From contig NW_027362773.1 in NCBI RefSeq assembly GCF_046119375.1, forward strand, positions 88,164,001 through 88,228,000: a DNA stretch of 64,000 nucleotides. Reading direction: 5' to 3'. This DNA comes from Phyllobates terribilis (Eukaryota). The notes under the pieces were generated by a model. It was not told the origin of the DNA, ran no database searches, and worked only from the letters and a program-made list of their open reading frames with translations. Numbering within the stretch: the first letter of the stretch is position 1; each line of letters begins with the position of its first letter. Of this stretch, positions 11,501 to 23,500 are shown in pieces. The translations under genes and the position numbers were made by a program.

Positions 11501-14500
11501 ATTTAAAGATGATTTAAAAACTACATAAAATATCATCATTAGTTTTTTTATGCACAATATTGGGTTGAATTTAATGCGATTTCAAAAATCTTTAAAAGAA
11601 ACATTCCTATATTATATAGTGACTTGTGTTTTTAAATTGAAGCCAAGTGTTTTCAATGTCCCCTTTTTTCAGATCCTCCATAGAGTACAGATACTAATCT
11701 GCAAACAAAAGGGAATTGCAAATGTGAACATACGCAATATTTATGTTGTAAAATAGCTTGATGTGAACATGTGTTTACTTCTACTTCCAATAAGAAAACA
11801 TTTTAATTAAAACAATTTATCAGTTGTAATACTGTTTCAGGGTGAATCTGATCACTTGCACAACCTCTATAATTACAATATTTTGGATACATTACTGGTA
11901 ACTTAGAAAGATACATTTATAGACATTTGTCTGCTGCATCCGCCACAATTAAAAGAAGCATCTCAGCAGTGTTAGTACATTGCATCAGCCAAGGTATAGG
12001 AAGAATAGACAGAAGTACCACGCCTAGTAGAGGTGGAGACCACCCTCATCAGGGAAACATTGGATCTTTCTGTTGAACACATCTGTCCCTTTTGATCATC
12101 ATTTGATCATCATGAGAAAACTGACTTGAGTTTGCATTTCTCCCTTCATCATAGTCTCTTCTATAGAGCAGTGAATATATACAGTAGGTTTTCTTTCTTT
12201 CTTTGTTTTTGTTAATCAATTTTATTGTGCATTTGTCTATTCAAAGGTAAATTGAGGCTGGGTGGTACCTGCAATTGGCTCATGAATGTAAATGACCAAT
12301 GTTAACAGATTGTTTGTTTATGACTAAGAGCATCTCTGTATGTCACACTTGAAACTGTGATGCTTTTAGGGTGGTAAAAGTTTATTGACAGGTGAGCTGT
12401 AATTTACATTGGTATCTACTATAATTCTCTCCAAGAATTCTCTGTACAAGAATATAACACTTATAATACTGCCCCTATGTACAAGAATATAACTACTATA
12501 ATACTGCTCCTATGTACAAGAATATAACTACTATAATACTGCCCCCTATGTACAAGAATATAACCACTATAATACTGCCCCTATGTACAAGAATATAACT
12601 ACTATAATACTGCCCCTATGTACAAGAATATAACTACTATAATATTGCCCACTATGTACAAGAATATAACTACTATAATACTGCTCCTATGTACAAGAAT
12701 ATAACTACTATAATAGTGCTCCTATGTACAAGAATATAACTACTATAATAGTGTTCCTATGTACAAGAATATAACTACTATAATACTGTTACTATGTAGA
12801 AAGAAATAACTACATTTTCAGTCTCCTATAATACTGCCCCTATGTACAAGAATATAACTACTATAATATTGCCCACTATGTACAAGAATATAACTACTAT
12901 AATACTGCCCCTATGTACAAGAATATAACTACTATAATACTGCCCCTATGTACAAGAATATAACTACTATAATACTGCCCGCTATGTACAAGAATATAAC
13001 TACTATAATACTGCCCCCTATGTACAAGAATATAACTACTATAATACTGCTCCTATGTACAAGAATATAACTACTAGAATACTGCCCCTATGTACAAGAA
13101 TATAACTACTATAATACTGCCCGCTATGTACAAGAATATAACTACTATAATACTGCCCCCTATGTACAAGAATATAACTACTATAATACTGCTCCTATGT
13201 ACAAGAATATAACTACTATAATACTGCCCGCTATGTACAAGAATATAACTACCATAATACTGCCCGCTATGTACAAGAATATAACTACCATAATACTGCC
13301 CCTATGTACAAGAATATAACTACTATAATACTGCCCCTATGTACAAGAATATAACTACTATAATACTGCCCCTATGTACAAGAATATAACTACTATAATA
13401 CTGCTCCTATGTACAAGAACATAACTACTATAATGCTGCTCCTATGTACAAGCATATAACTACTATAATACTGCCCCCTATGTACAAGAATATAGCTACT
13501 ATAATACTGCTCCCTATGTACAAGAATATAACTACTATAATACTGCTCCTATGTACAAGAATATAACTACTATAATACTGCCCCTATGTACAAGAATATA
13601 ACTACCATAATACTGCCCCTATGTACAAGAATATAACTACTATAATACTGCCCCTATGTACAAGAATATAACTACTATAATACTGTCCCCTATGTACAAG
13701 AATATAACTACTATAATACTGTCCCCTATGTACAAGAATATAACTACTATAATACTGCTCCTATGTACAAGAATATACCTACTATAATACTGCCCCCTAT
13801 GTACAAGAATATAACTACTATAATACTGCCCCCTATGCACAAGAATATAACTACTATAATACTGCTCCTATGTACAAGAATATAACTACTATAATACTGA
13901 CCACTATGTACAAGAATATAACTACTATAATACTGCCCCCTATGCAAAAGAATATAACTACTATAATACTGCTCCTATGTACAAGAATATAACTACTATA
14001 ATACTGCCACCTATGCACAAGAATATAACTACTATAATACTGCTCCTATGTACAAGAATATAACTACTATAATACTGCCCCCTATGCACAAGAATATAGC
14101 TACTATAATACTGCTCCTATGTACAAGAATATAACTACTATAATACTGTCCCCTATGTACAAGAATATACCTACTATAATACTGCCCCCTATGGGCAAGA
14201 ATATAACTACTATAATACTGCCCCTATGTACAAGAATATAACTACTATAATACTGCCCCTATGTACAAGAATATAACTACTATAATACTGTCCCCTATGT
14301 ACAAGAATATAACTACTATAATACTATGAAGAAATTGTAGAATCCATTAAAAATGTGCATACGTTTTTGTTGTTTCATTAAATGAAATTGGTCTGATGTA
14401 AGTGATTACACACCACAAATGGATTTTGTCTCGTGCTAATACCATAGCAAAACAAAATTAAATAAATAAACTTTTATTTAAAGATAATTAAAAAACTACA

Positions 14501-17500
14501 TGAAATATCATTATTATATTTGCATTCATTTTTTTTCTGCACAATATTGGGTTAAATGTAATGCTATTTCAAAAATCAATAAAATAAACATTCCTATATT
14601 ATATAGGGATTTTTTATTTTATTTAAGCCAAGTGCTTTCAATGTCCCCTTTTTTCAGATCCTCCATAGAGTACAGCTACTTCGCTACAAACAAAAGGGAA
14701 TTGCAAATGTGAACATACGCAATATTTATGTTGTAAAATAGCTTGATGTGAACATGTGTTTACTTCTACTTCCAATAACAAAACTTTATAATTACAATAT
14801 TTTGGATACATTACTGGTAACTTAGAAAGATACATTTATAGAGATTCGTCTGCTGCATCCGCCACAATTAAAAGAAGCATCTCAGCAGTGTTAGTACATT
14901 GCATCAGCCAAGGTATAGGAAGAATAGACAGAAGTACCACGCCTAGTAGAGGTGGAGACCACCCTCATCAGGGAAAAATTGGATCTTTCTGTTGAACACA
15001 TCTGTCCCTTTTGATCATCATGAGAAAACTGACTTGAGTTTGCATTTCTCCCTTCATCATAGTCTCTTCTATAGAGCAGTGAATATAGAAGAGAAGTGAA
15101 TATAACTACTATAATACTGCTCCTATGTACAAGAATATAACTACTATAATACTGCCCCTATGTAGAAGAATATAACTACTATAATACTGCCCTTATGTAC
15201 AAGAATATAACTACTATAATACTGCCCCCTATGTACAAGAATATAACTACTATAATACTGCTCCTATGTACAAGAATATAACTACTATAATACTGTCCCG
15301 TATGCACAAGAATATAACTACTATAATATTGCCCCCTATATACAAGAATATAACTACTATAATACTGCCCCCTATGTACAAGTATATAGCTACTATAATA
15401 CTGCCCCTATGTACAAGAATATAGCTACTATAATACTGCTCCTATGTACAAGAATATAACTACTATAATACTGCTCCTATGTACAAGAATATAACTACTA
15501 TAATAGTGCTCCTATGTACAAGAATATAACTACTATAATAGTGTTCCTATGTACAAGAATATAACTACTATAATACTGTTACTATGTAGAAAGAAATAAC
15601 TACATTTTCAGTCTCCTATGTACTAGAATAGGGAGTAGAATATTCTGTTAATAGGAACCTAGATGGAGCGTTTTAATATAGGTACTTTACTCCTTGACAC
15701 TTTATTCCTTATTTATTGAGTTTGGCTCGTAGTATGGAAACAGCCCGGTTTTTCTATGTTTATCTCCATGGATGGCTTATGTTCCCCAGTGCACAATATG
15801 AGGACAGTCGGCTTTTATCATGTGCAGTAGTTTCTTTAAGGCTTCCTTAAAATGGTGAAGATCAGCGGTCTCTAACTTGCGATTTTGCAGTTGTTTCAAT
15901 GTAAATACTTTTTTATGCCCCAATTGACAAAAGTTTTCTCGGAGTGATACCTTTATTGGCTAACCAGAAGGATTATGTTTGCAGCTTTGAGAGCACAGAG
16001 GCTCCTTCTCCAGGCAGGTTTACAGAAGCTATAAACCCTGACATGTTTTTATTAGGGGATATTGAGAGTTCTAAGTTTGCAAGTGTCACAGGACGGACAT
16101 CACAGTCCCAGACTTTAGTGATTTCACCTACTGACTGTCCAAACTTGTTAGAGGGTTTTTCTGTTTTTTGGCTGTGGACAACAAGTGACTTCCCGTGGGG
16201 AAGGGTCTTTGCTGTCCGTATTGGGGAAGGGTCTTTGCTGTCCGTATGTCCTAATGGGGTGTATTAATAGGGGTTGATACACTGTATGGCTCCATTCATA
16301 TCTGTGTTTTGGCTTTCTTCTCTGATACAAATTTGTTCTGTGCCTGACAAGTTGTTACATCATCGTTTGTGACTCTTTGTGTTACATTTCTTGCCTTTAG
16401 GTGCTGGTCCCCCATAGGGAAAGCTGGAGGACCGCAGCCCTTATCCTTAATGAGCAGTGGCTGTATGGCGAGGGGAGTGGTACAGCATGAGATTAAGCAT
16501 GCACTTGGTTTTTACCATGAGCAGAGCCGGAGTGATCGCAATGATTATGTCGACGTCATGTGGCAATACATCAATGGAGGTACAAGCCATAGAACCCTTG
16601 TGAACGCCATCAGTCGTATGAGTATTATGATCCTTTCGTTGCTTTGCCTGATAATAAATCTGCTTTAAGTAATTGTTATCTATGCTGTTCTCTATTTCAT
16701 CTTTATGAGAGATGAAGCTTCACATTAAAGGGACGCTCCAGACAGAACCTAGTACACCACATAAATGAGCGGAGCATGACCCAAAAACGCCTTGATCCCC
16801 CTCTGCCCTGCCCCGGAGTATTCCTTATAACGTTGCGATGTAACTGGATAGAAATCCTTTCTGCTCCATTGTACGAACATGACACCAGTAGTAACTATTA
16901 TATTTATTAGTGCGGCTTTTCTCTTATGTAATTGCAGATGATTGGGGTGAATTTGGTTTGGTTGATACAGACAACATGAATCTGCCGTATGATTACGCAT
17001 CAGTGATGCACTATGGAAGGTAAGAATGCTATCCTGGATCCATAGACTAGTGCACGTTTACTTTTTTTTTTTAAACATCTGATAAAATGGGAAAAAGCAT
17101 AAATACAGATGCCATGTTATATGGATTTTTTTTTCATTATTTGTTATATAGAATGAATCTGAATAAAGCAGTGAGTATTGTACTACAGAGCTGCACTCAC
17201 TATTCTGCTGGTGCAGTCACTGTGCACATACATTACATTACTGATCATGAGTTACATCCTGTATTATACTCCTGAGCTGCACTCACTATTCTGCTGGTGC
17301 AGTCACTGTGTACATACATTACATTACTGATCCTGAGTTACATCCTGTATTATACTCCAGAGCTGCACTCACTATTCTGCTGGTGCAGTCACTCTGTACA
17401 TACATTACATTACTGATCCTGAGTTACATCCTGTATTATACTCCAGAGCTGCACTCACTATTCTGCTGGTGGAATCACTGTGTACAAACATTACAGTACT

Positions 17501-20500
17501 GATCCTGAGTTACATATTGTATTATACTCCAGAGCTGCACTCACTATTCTGCTGGTGCAGTCACTGTGTACATACATTACTGATCCTGAGTTACATCCTG
17601 AATTATACTCCAGAGCTGCACTCACTATTCTGCTGGTGTAATGTATGTGCACAGTGAATGCACCAGCAGAATAGTGAGTGCAGCTCTGGAGAATAATACA
17701 GGATGTAACTCAGGATCAGTACAGGATAAGTAGTGTAATGTATGTACACAGTGACTGCACCAGCAGAATAGTGAGTGCAGCTCTGGAGAATAATACAGGA
17801 TGTAACTCAGGATCAGTAATGTAATGTATGTGCACAGTGAATGCATTACTGATCCTGAGTTACATCCTGTATTATTCTCCAGAGCTGCACTCACTATTCT
17901 GCTGGTGCAGTCACTGTGTACATACATTACACTACTTATCCTGTACTGATCCTGAGTTACATCCTGTATTATTCTCCAGAGCTGCACTCACTATTCTGCT
18001 GGTGTGGTCACTGTGTACATACATTACATTACTGACCCTATACTGATCCTGAGTTACATCCAGTATTATACTCCAGAGCTGCACTCACTATTCTGCTGGT
18101 GCAGTCACTCTGTACATTCATTACATTACTGATCCTGAGTTACATCCTGTATTATACTCCAGAGCTGCACTCACTATTCTGCTGGTGGAGTCACTGTGTA
18201 CAAACATTACAGTACTGATCCTGAGTTACATATTGTATTATACCCCAGAGCTGCACTCACTATTCTGCTGGTGCAGTCACTGTGTGCATATGACGCGCCC
18301 CTGGGCCTGTGTCGCGCTGCGTTGCGCACGCGGGAGCTTACCCGGAGCCGGATCTCTTGAGGGTTGTAGTCTCGTGGCGGTGACCCGGTCCGTGCCCAGG
18401 GAGTCAAACTGAGCGGCGATGTAACAGCGGTAGATGTAGGACGACTACGCCACCCGTTGAATGCAGCTATGGAGCTGCCGCTGCAAGACAGTCCGCTGAG
18501 GCCGGTGGATGGATGGTGCAGCGTAGATGGTATAACCCCCAACGGGAGGGGTATGGCCTCAGGGCAGCAGATGTGGATGATGGGGGTAGCAGGAACCACT
18601 CAGAGACGGTGCGGTGTAATTCAGGGTCTTTACTGGTAACAACGATAGACCCTCCCGGAGTACTTGCTAGTGAACGGGGCCTGGTCAGTCCTTGAGCAGA
18701 TGGGATCTCCCCTGGCCAGGCGGAGTTGTAGGCCTCCCAAACTGACTGTACTCTTCTGGCTACCTTGCTAGAAGCGGATATAAGTAGCCCACGTCCCTGA
18801 GTGTACCGTGTGGTGCTCACCCGTATGGCCGGTGACTCGGGGCCTTCTAATGGCTTCCGCTCCACGATGGCGGTGCTGGTCCCACGCGTGTGACCGTGCC
18901 TTCGGGTTTCTGGGCCTGAGGACCTGAAATCCCCTGCCGGTCGGCTTCTGCTGCTGGGTAAGAGTTAGTCCCCACAGCCTCGGACGCCGGGTCCGGTAAG
19001 AAAGCTTCTCAGTCAGGGCGAGCTCTGCAGCTGCCAGCCCCTGACTTGTAGTAGTATTGCTCCCACTGAGCTTCTGCTGTTTCTTCCTGTGACTGTTTCT
19101 TGTCTCTACTCTCCTTGACTCCTCACCCTGCTTCAACCCCGGGTTTATATAGGGGAAGTTCTTCCCCTCCCAAGACTGAGCAGGAGGTGTGGCATGCACA
19201 GGATCCCTGACCAAAGGACCTCCCACCTGCTCTCAGACATAATATCTCTATCACTGTGGCAACCAGACCCCTGGGGTGTCACACATACATTGCATTACTG
19301 ATCCTGTACTGATCCCGAGTTACACCCTGTATTATACTCCAGAGCTGCACTCACTATTCTGCTGGTGCAGTCACTGTGTACATACATTACATTACTGATC
19401 CTGTACTGATCCTGTGTTACATCCTGTATTATACTCCAGAGCTGCACTCACTATTCTGCTGGTGCAGTCACTGTGTACATACATTAAATTATGATCCTGT
19501 ACTGATCCTGAGTTACTTCCCGCATTATACTCCAGAGCTGCACTCACTTTTCTGCTGGTGCAGTCACTGTGTACATACATTAGATTACTGATCCTGAGTT
19601 ACATCCTGTATTATACTCCAGAGCTGCACTCACTATTCTGCTGGTGCAATCACTGTGTGCATACATTTCATTACTGATCCTGTACTGATCCTGAGTTACA
19701 TCCGGTATTATACTCCAGAGCTGCACTCACTATTCTGCTGCTGCAGTCACTGTGTACATGCATTACATTACTGATCCTGAGTTACATCCTGTATTATACT
19801 CCAGAGCTGCACTCACTATTCTGCTGGTGCAGTCACTGTGTACATACATTACATTACTGATCCTGTACTGGTCCTGAGTTACATCCTGTATTATACTCCA
19901 GAGCTGCACTCACTATTCTGCTGGTGCAGTAACTGTGTACATACATTACATTACTGATCCTGTACTGATCCTGAGTTATATCCTGTATTATACTCCAGAG
20001 CAGCACTCACTATTCTGCTGGTTCAGTCACTGTGTACATACATTACTGATCCTGAGTTACATCCTGTATTATACTCCAGAGCTGCACTCACTATTCTGCT
20101 GGTGCAGTCACTGTGTACATACATTATATTACTGATCCTGAGTTACATCCTGTATTATACTCCAGAGCTGCACTCACTATTCTGCTGGTTCAGTCACTGT
20201 GTACATACATTACTGATCCTGAGTTACATCCTGTATTATACTCCAGAGCTGCACTCACTATTCTGCTGGTTCAGTCACTGTGTACATACATTACTGATCC
20301 TGAGTTACATCCTGTATTATACTCCAGAGCTGCACTCACTATTCTGCTGGTTCAGTCACTGTGTACATACATTACTGATCCTGAGTTACATCCTGTATTG
20401 TACTCCAGAGCTGCACTCACTATTCTGCTGATTTAGTCACTGTGTACATGCATTTACTCTTCCCACAATAACTACTTATTGTGTCCTACTTTCCCATTAC

Positions 20501-23500
20501 TGTCTCTTATGAAATGTTTTGTGATCCACAGTGCAGAATACGGGGCTTGTTGTATGTGATACAGTGAACTTACTTTTTTGTATTTGCAGATTTTCCTACT
20601 CTAACACATCCGGACAGCCGAGCCTTAATCCTAAACCGGACCAGTCTGTAGACATAGGACAGAGATACGGACTGAGCCCATTAGACGTCTCTAAAGTGAA
20701 GACTCTGTACAACTGCAGTACGTGATGCAGTGCATACTTGAAGAAACATAGCAAACCTATGCCAATGCATATAGATGAAATATTCAGGACCATATACTCC
20801 TGCAGACCAGAGGCCGTATATAAGCACTGAGGACGAGGACCAGCCCCTACATGGAAGGTCTATTTGGTATCAAGCGTTCTGTACAGCAGGCACCTGTCAT
20901 GTGACATATATTAGAGGCTGCAGTCACAAACTGAGGTCACATGACTGCTGTACAGAATGTTATGTATCAAGCTCTTTACACAATACTGTACTGATCATAG
21001 ACAGGCGCTGGGCTGATCATAGACAGGCGCTGGGCTGATCATAGACAGGCGCTGGGCTGATCATAGACAGGCGCTGGGCTGATCATAGACAGGCGCTGGG
21101 CTGATCATAGACAGGCGCTGGGCTGACCATAGACAGGCGCTGGGCTGACCATAGACAGGCGCTGGACTGACCATAGACAGGCGCTGGACTGATCATAGAC
21201 AGGCGCTGGGCTGATCATATACAGGCGCCGAACTGATCATAGACAGGCGCTGGGCTGATCATATACAGGCGCCGAACTGATCATAGACTGGCGCTGGGCT
21301 GATCATATACAGGCGCCGAACTGATCATAGACAGGCGCTGGGCTGATCATATACAGGCGCCGAACTGATCATAGACAGGCGCTGGGCTGATCATAGACAG
21401 GCGCTGGGCTGACCATAGACAGGCGCTGGACTGACCATAGACAGGCGCTGGACTGATCATAGACAGGCGCTGGGCTGATCATATACAGGCGCCGAACTGA
21501 TCATAGACTGGCGCTGGGCTGATCATAGACAGGTGCTGGGCTGATCATGGACAGGCGCTGGGCTGATCATATACAGGCGCCGAACTGATCATATACAGGC
21601 GCCGGGCTGATCATAGACAGGCGCCGGGCTGATCATAGACAGGCGCTGAGCTGATCATAGACAGGCGCTGGGCTGATCATAGACAGGTGCTGGGCTGATC
21701 ATGGACAGGCGCTGGGCTGATCATATACAGGCGCCGAACTGATCATATACAGGCGCCGGGCTGATCATAGACAGGCGCCGGGCTGATCATAGACAGGCGC
21801 TGGGCTGATCATAGACAGGCGCTGGGCTGATCATAGACAGGCGCTGGGCTGATCATGGACAGGTGCTGGGCTGATCATATACAGGCGCCGAACTGATCAT
21901 ATACAGGCGCCGGACTGATCATATACAGGCGCCGGACTGATCATATACAGGCGCCGGACTGATCATAGACAGGCGCCGGGCTGATCATAGACAGGCGCTG
22001 GGCTGATCATAGACAGGCGCTGGGCTGATCATATACAGGCGCCGAACTGATCATAGACTGGCGCTGGGCTGATCATAGACAGGTGCTGGGCTGATCATGG
22101 ACAGGCGCTGGGCTGATCATATACAGGCGCCGAACTGATCATATACAGGCGCCGGGCTGATCATAGACAGGCGCCGGGCTGATCATAGACAGGCGCTGGG
22201 CTGATCATAGACAGGCGCTGGGCTGATCATAGACAGGCGCTGGGCTGATCATGGACAGGTGCTGGGCTGATCATATACAGGCGCCGAACTGATCATATAC
22301 AGGCGCCGGACTGATCATATACAGGCGCCGGACTGATCATATACAGGCGCCGGACTGATCATAGACAGGCGCCGGGCTGATCATAGACAGGCGCTGGGCT
22401 GATCATAGACAGGCGCTGGGCTGATCATATACAGGCGCCGAACTGATCATAGACAGGCGCTGGGCTGATCATAGACAGGTGCTGGGCTGATCATGGACAG
22501 GCGCTGGGCTGATCATATACAGGCGCCGAACTGATCATATACAGGCGCCGGGCTGATCATAGACAGGCGCCGGGCTGATCATAGACAGGCGCTGGGCTGA
22601 TCATAGACAGGCGCTGGGCTGATCATAGACAGGCGCTGGGCTGATCATGGACAGGTGCTGGGCTGATCATATACAGGCGCCGAACTGATCATATACAGGC
22701 GCCGGACTGATCATATACAGGCGCCGGACTGATCATATACAGGCGCCGGACTGATCATAGACAGGCGCCGGGCTGATCATAGACAGGCGCTGGGCTGATC
22801 ATAGACAGGCGCTGGGCTGATCATATACAGGCGCCGAACTGATCATAGACTGGCGCTGGGCTGATCATAGACTGGCGCTGGGCTGATCATAGACTGGCGC
22901 TGGGCTGATCATAGACTGGCGCTGGGCTGATCATAGACAGGTGCACCAGGGAAACAGGGATTTGGGCTATCAATACACACAGTAAAATATACTGATGTAT
23001 GCAAGGATGGGATTAAAAGCTTTAATAAGTTTCCTGCATAGGTGGTATGTTTATATCAAGCAATATTGTGTCATCCTCATTGCCCCCTAAAATGTTTTCA
23101 CAACCCTCCAACCCCTTCCAGGTATTATCCTCAGACTTCCCTCAATTGTTACCCCCAACACCCCCAAGTGTCATCCTAGTGCCCCCCTCAAGTGTTATCC
23201 CCAGTGCCCCTCCGAGTATCATCTCCAGTACCCCCCTTTGTGAAATTCTCTAGTGTCCTTCTTAAAGGGGTAATTCCCATCTCCAAGATCCTATCCCAAT
23301 ATGTAGTAGGTGTAATAATAATAATATTAGTAAATATCTCCAATTAGAAATGTAGTATGTTTTTTCTGTTTCGCTCTGTCTCTTTCCTCATGTGCAGGCA
23401 TCATAGGACCTTAGGTATCCATGGTTACGACCACTATCAGCTAGCTAACTAACTGTGACTTCATCAGTGGACGTAACCATGGATACCTAAGGTCCTATGA

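Larger units (their letters stand above)
11463..15625. repeat. Local tandem duplication (unique block plus 35-bp satellite) in astacin intron 5
   Basis: 11463-12180 aligns to 14438-15087, with one ~67-bp deletion in the second copy. Each block is followed by the 35-bp array, and both arrays carry the same variant run ending GTTACTATGTAGAAAGAAATAACTACATTTTCAGTCTCCTA. Confidence 0.85.

Noticed and set aside
17186-20453. Hammerhead-carrying satellite, as in newt satellite 2
   Set aside because: The unit has neither CTGANGA nor GAAA core on either strand.
20991-22942. CRISPR-like appearance of the regular short repeats
   Set aside because: Pure tandem units with no unique spacers, in a eukaryotic context.
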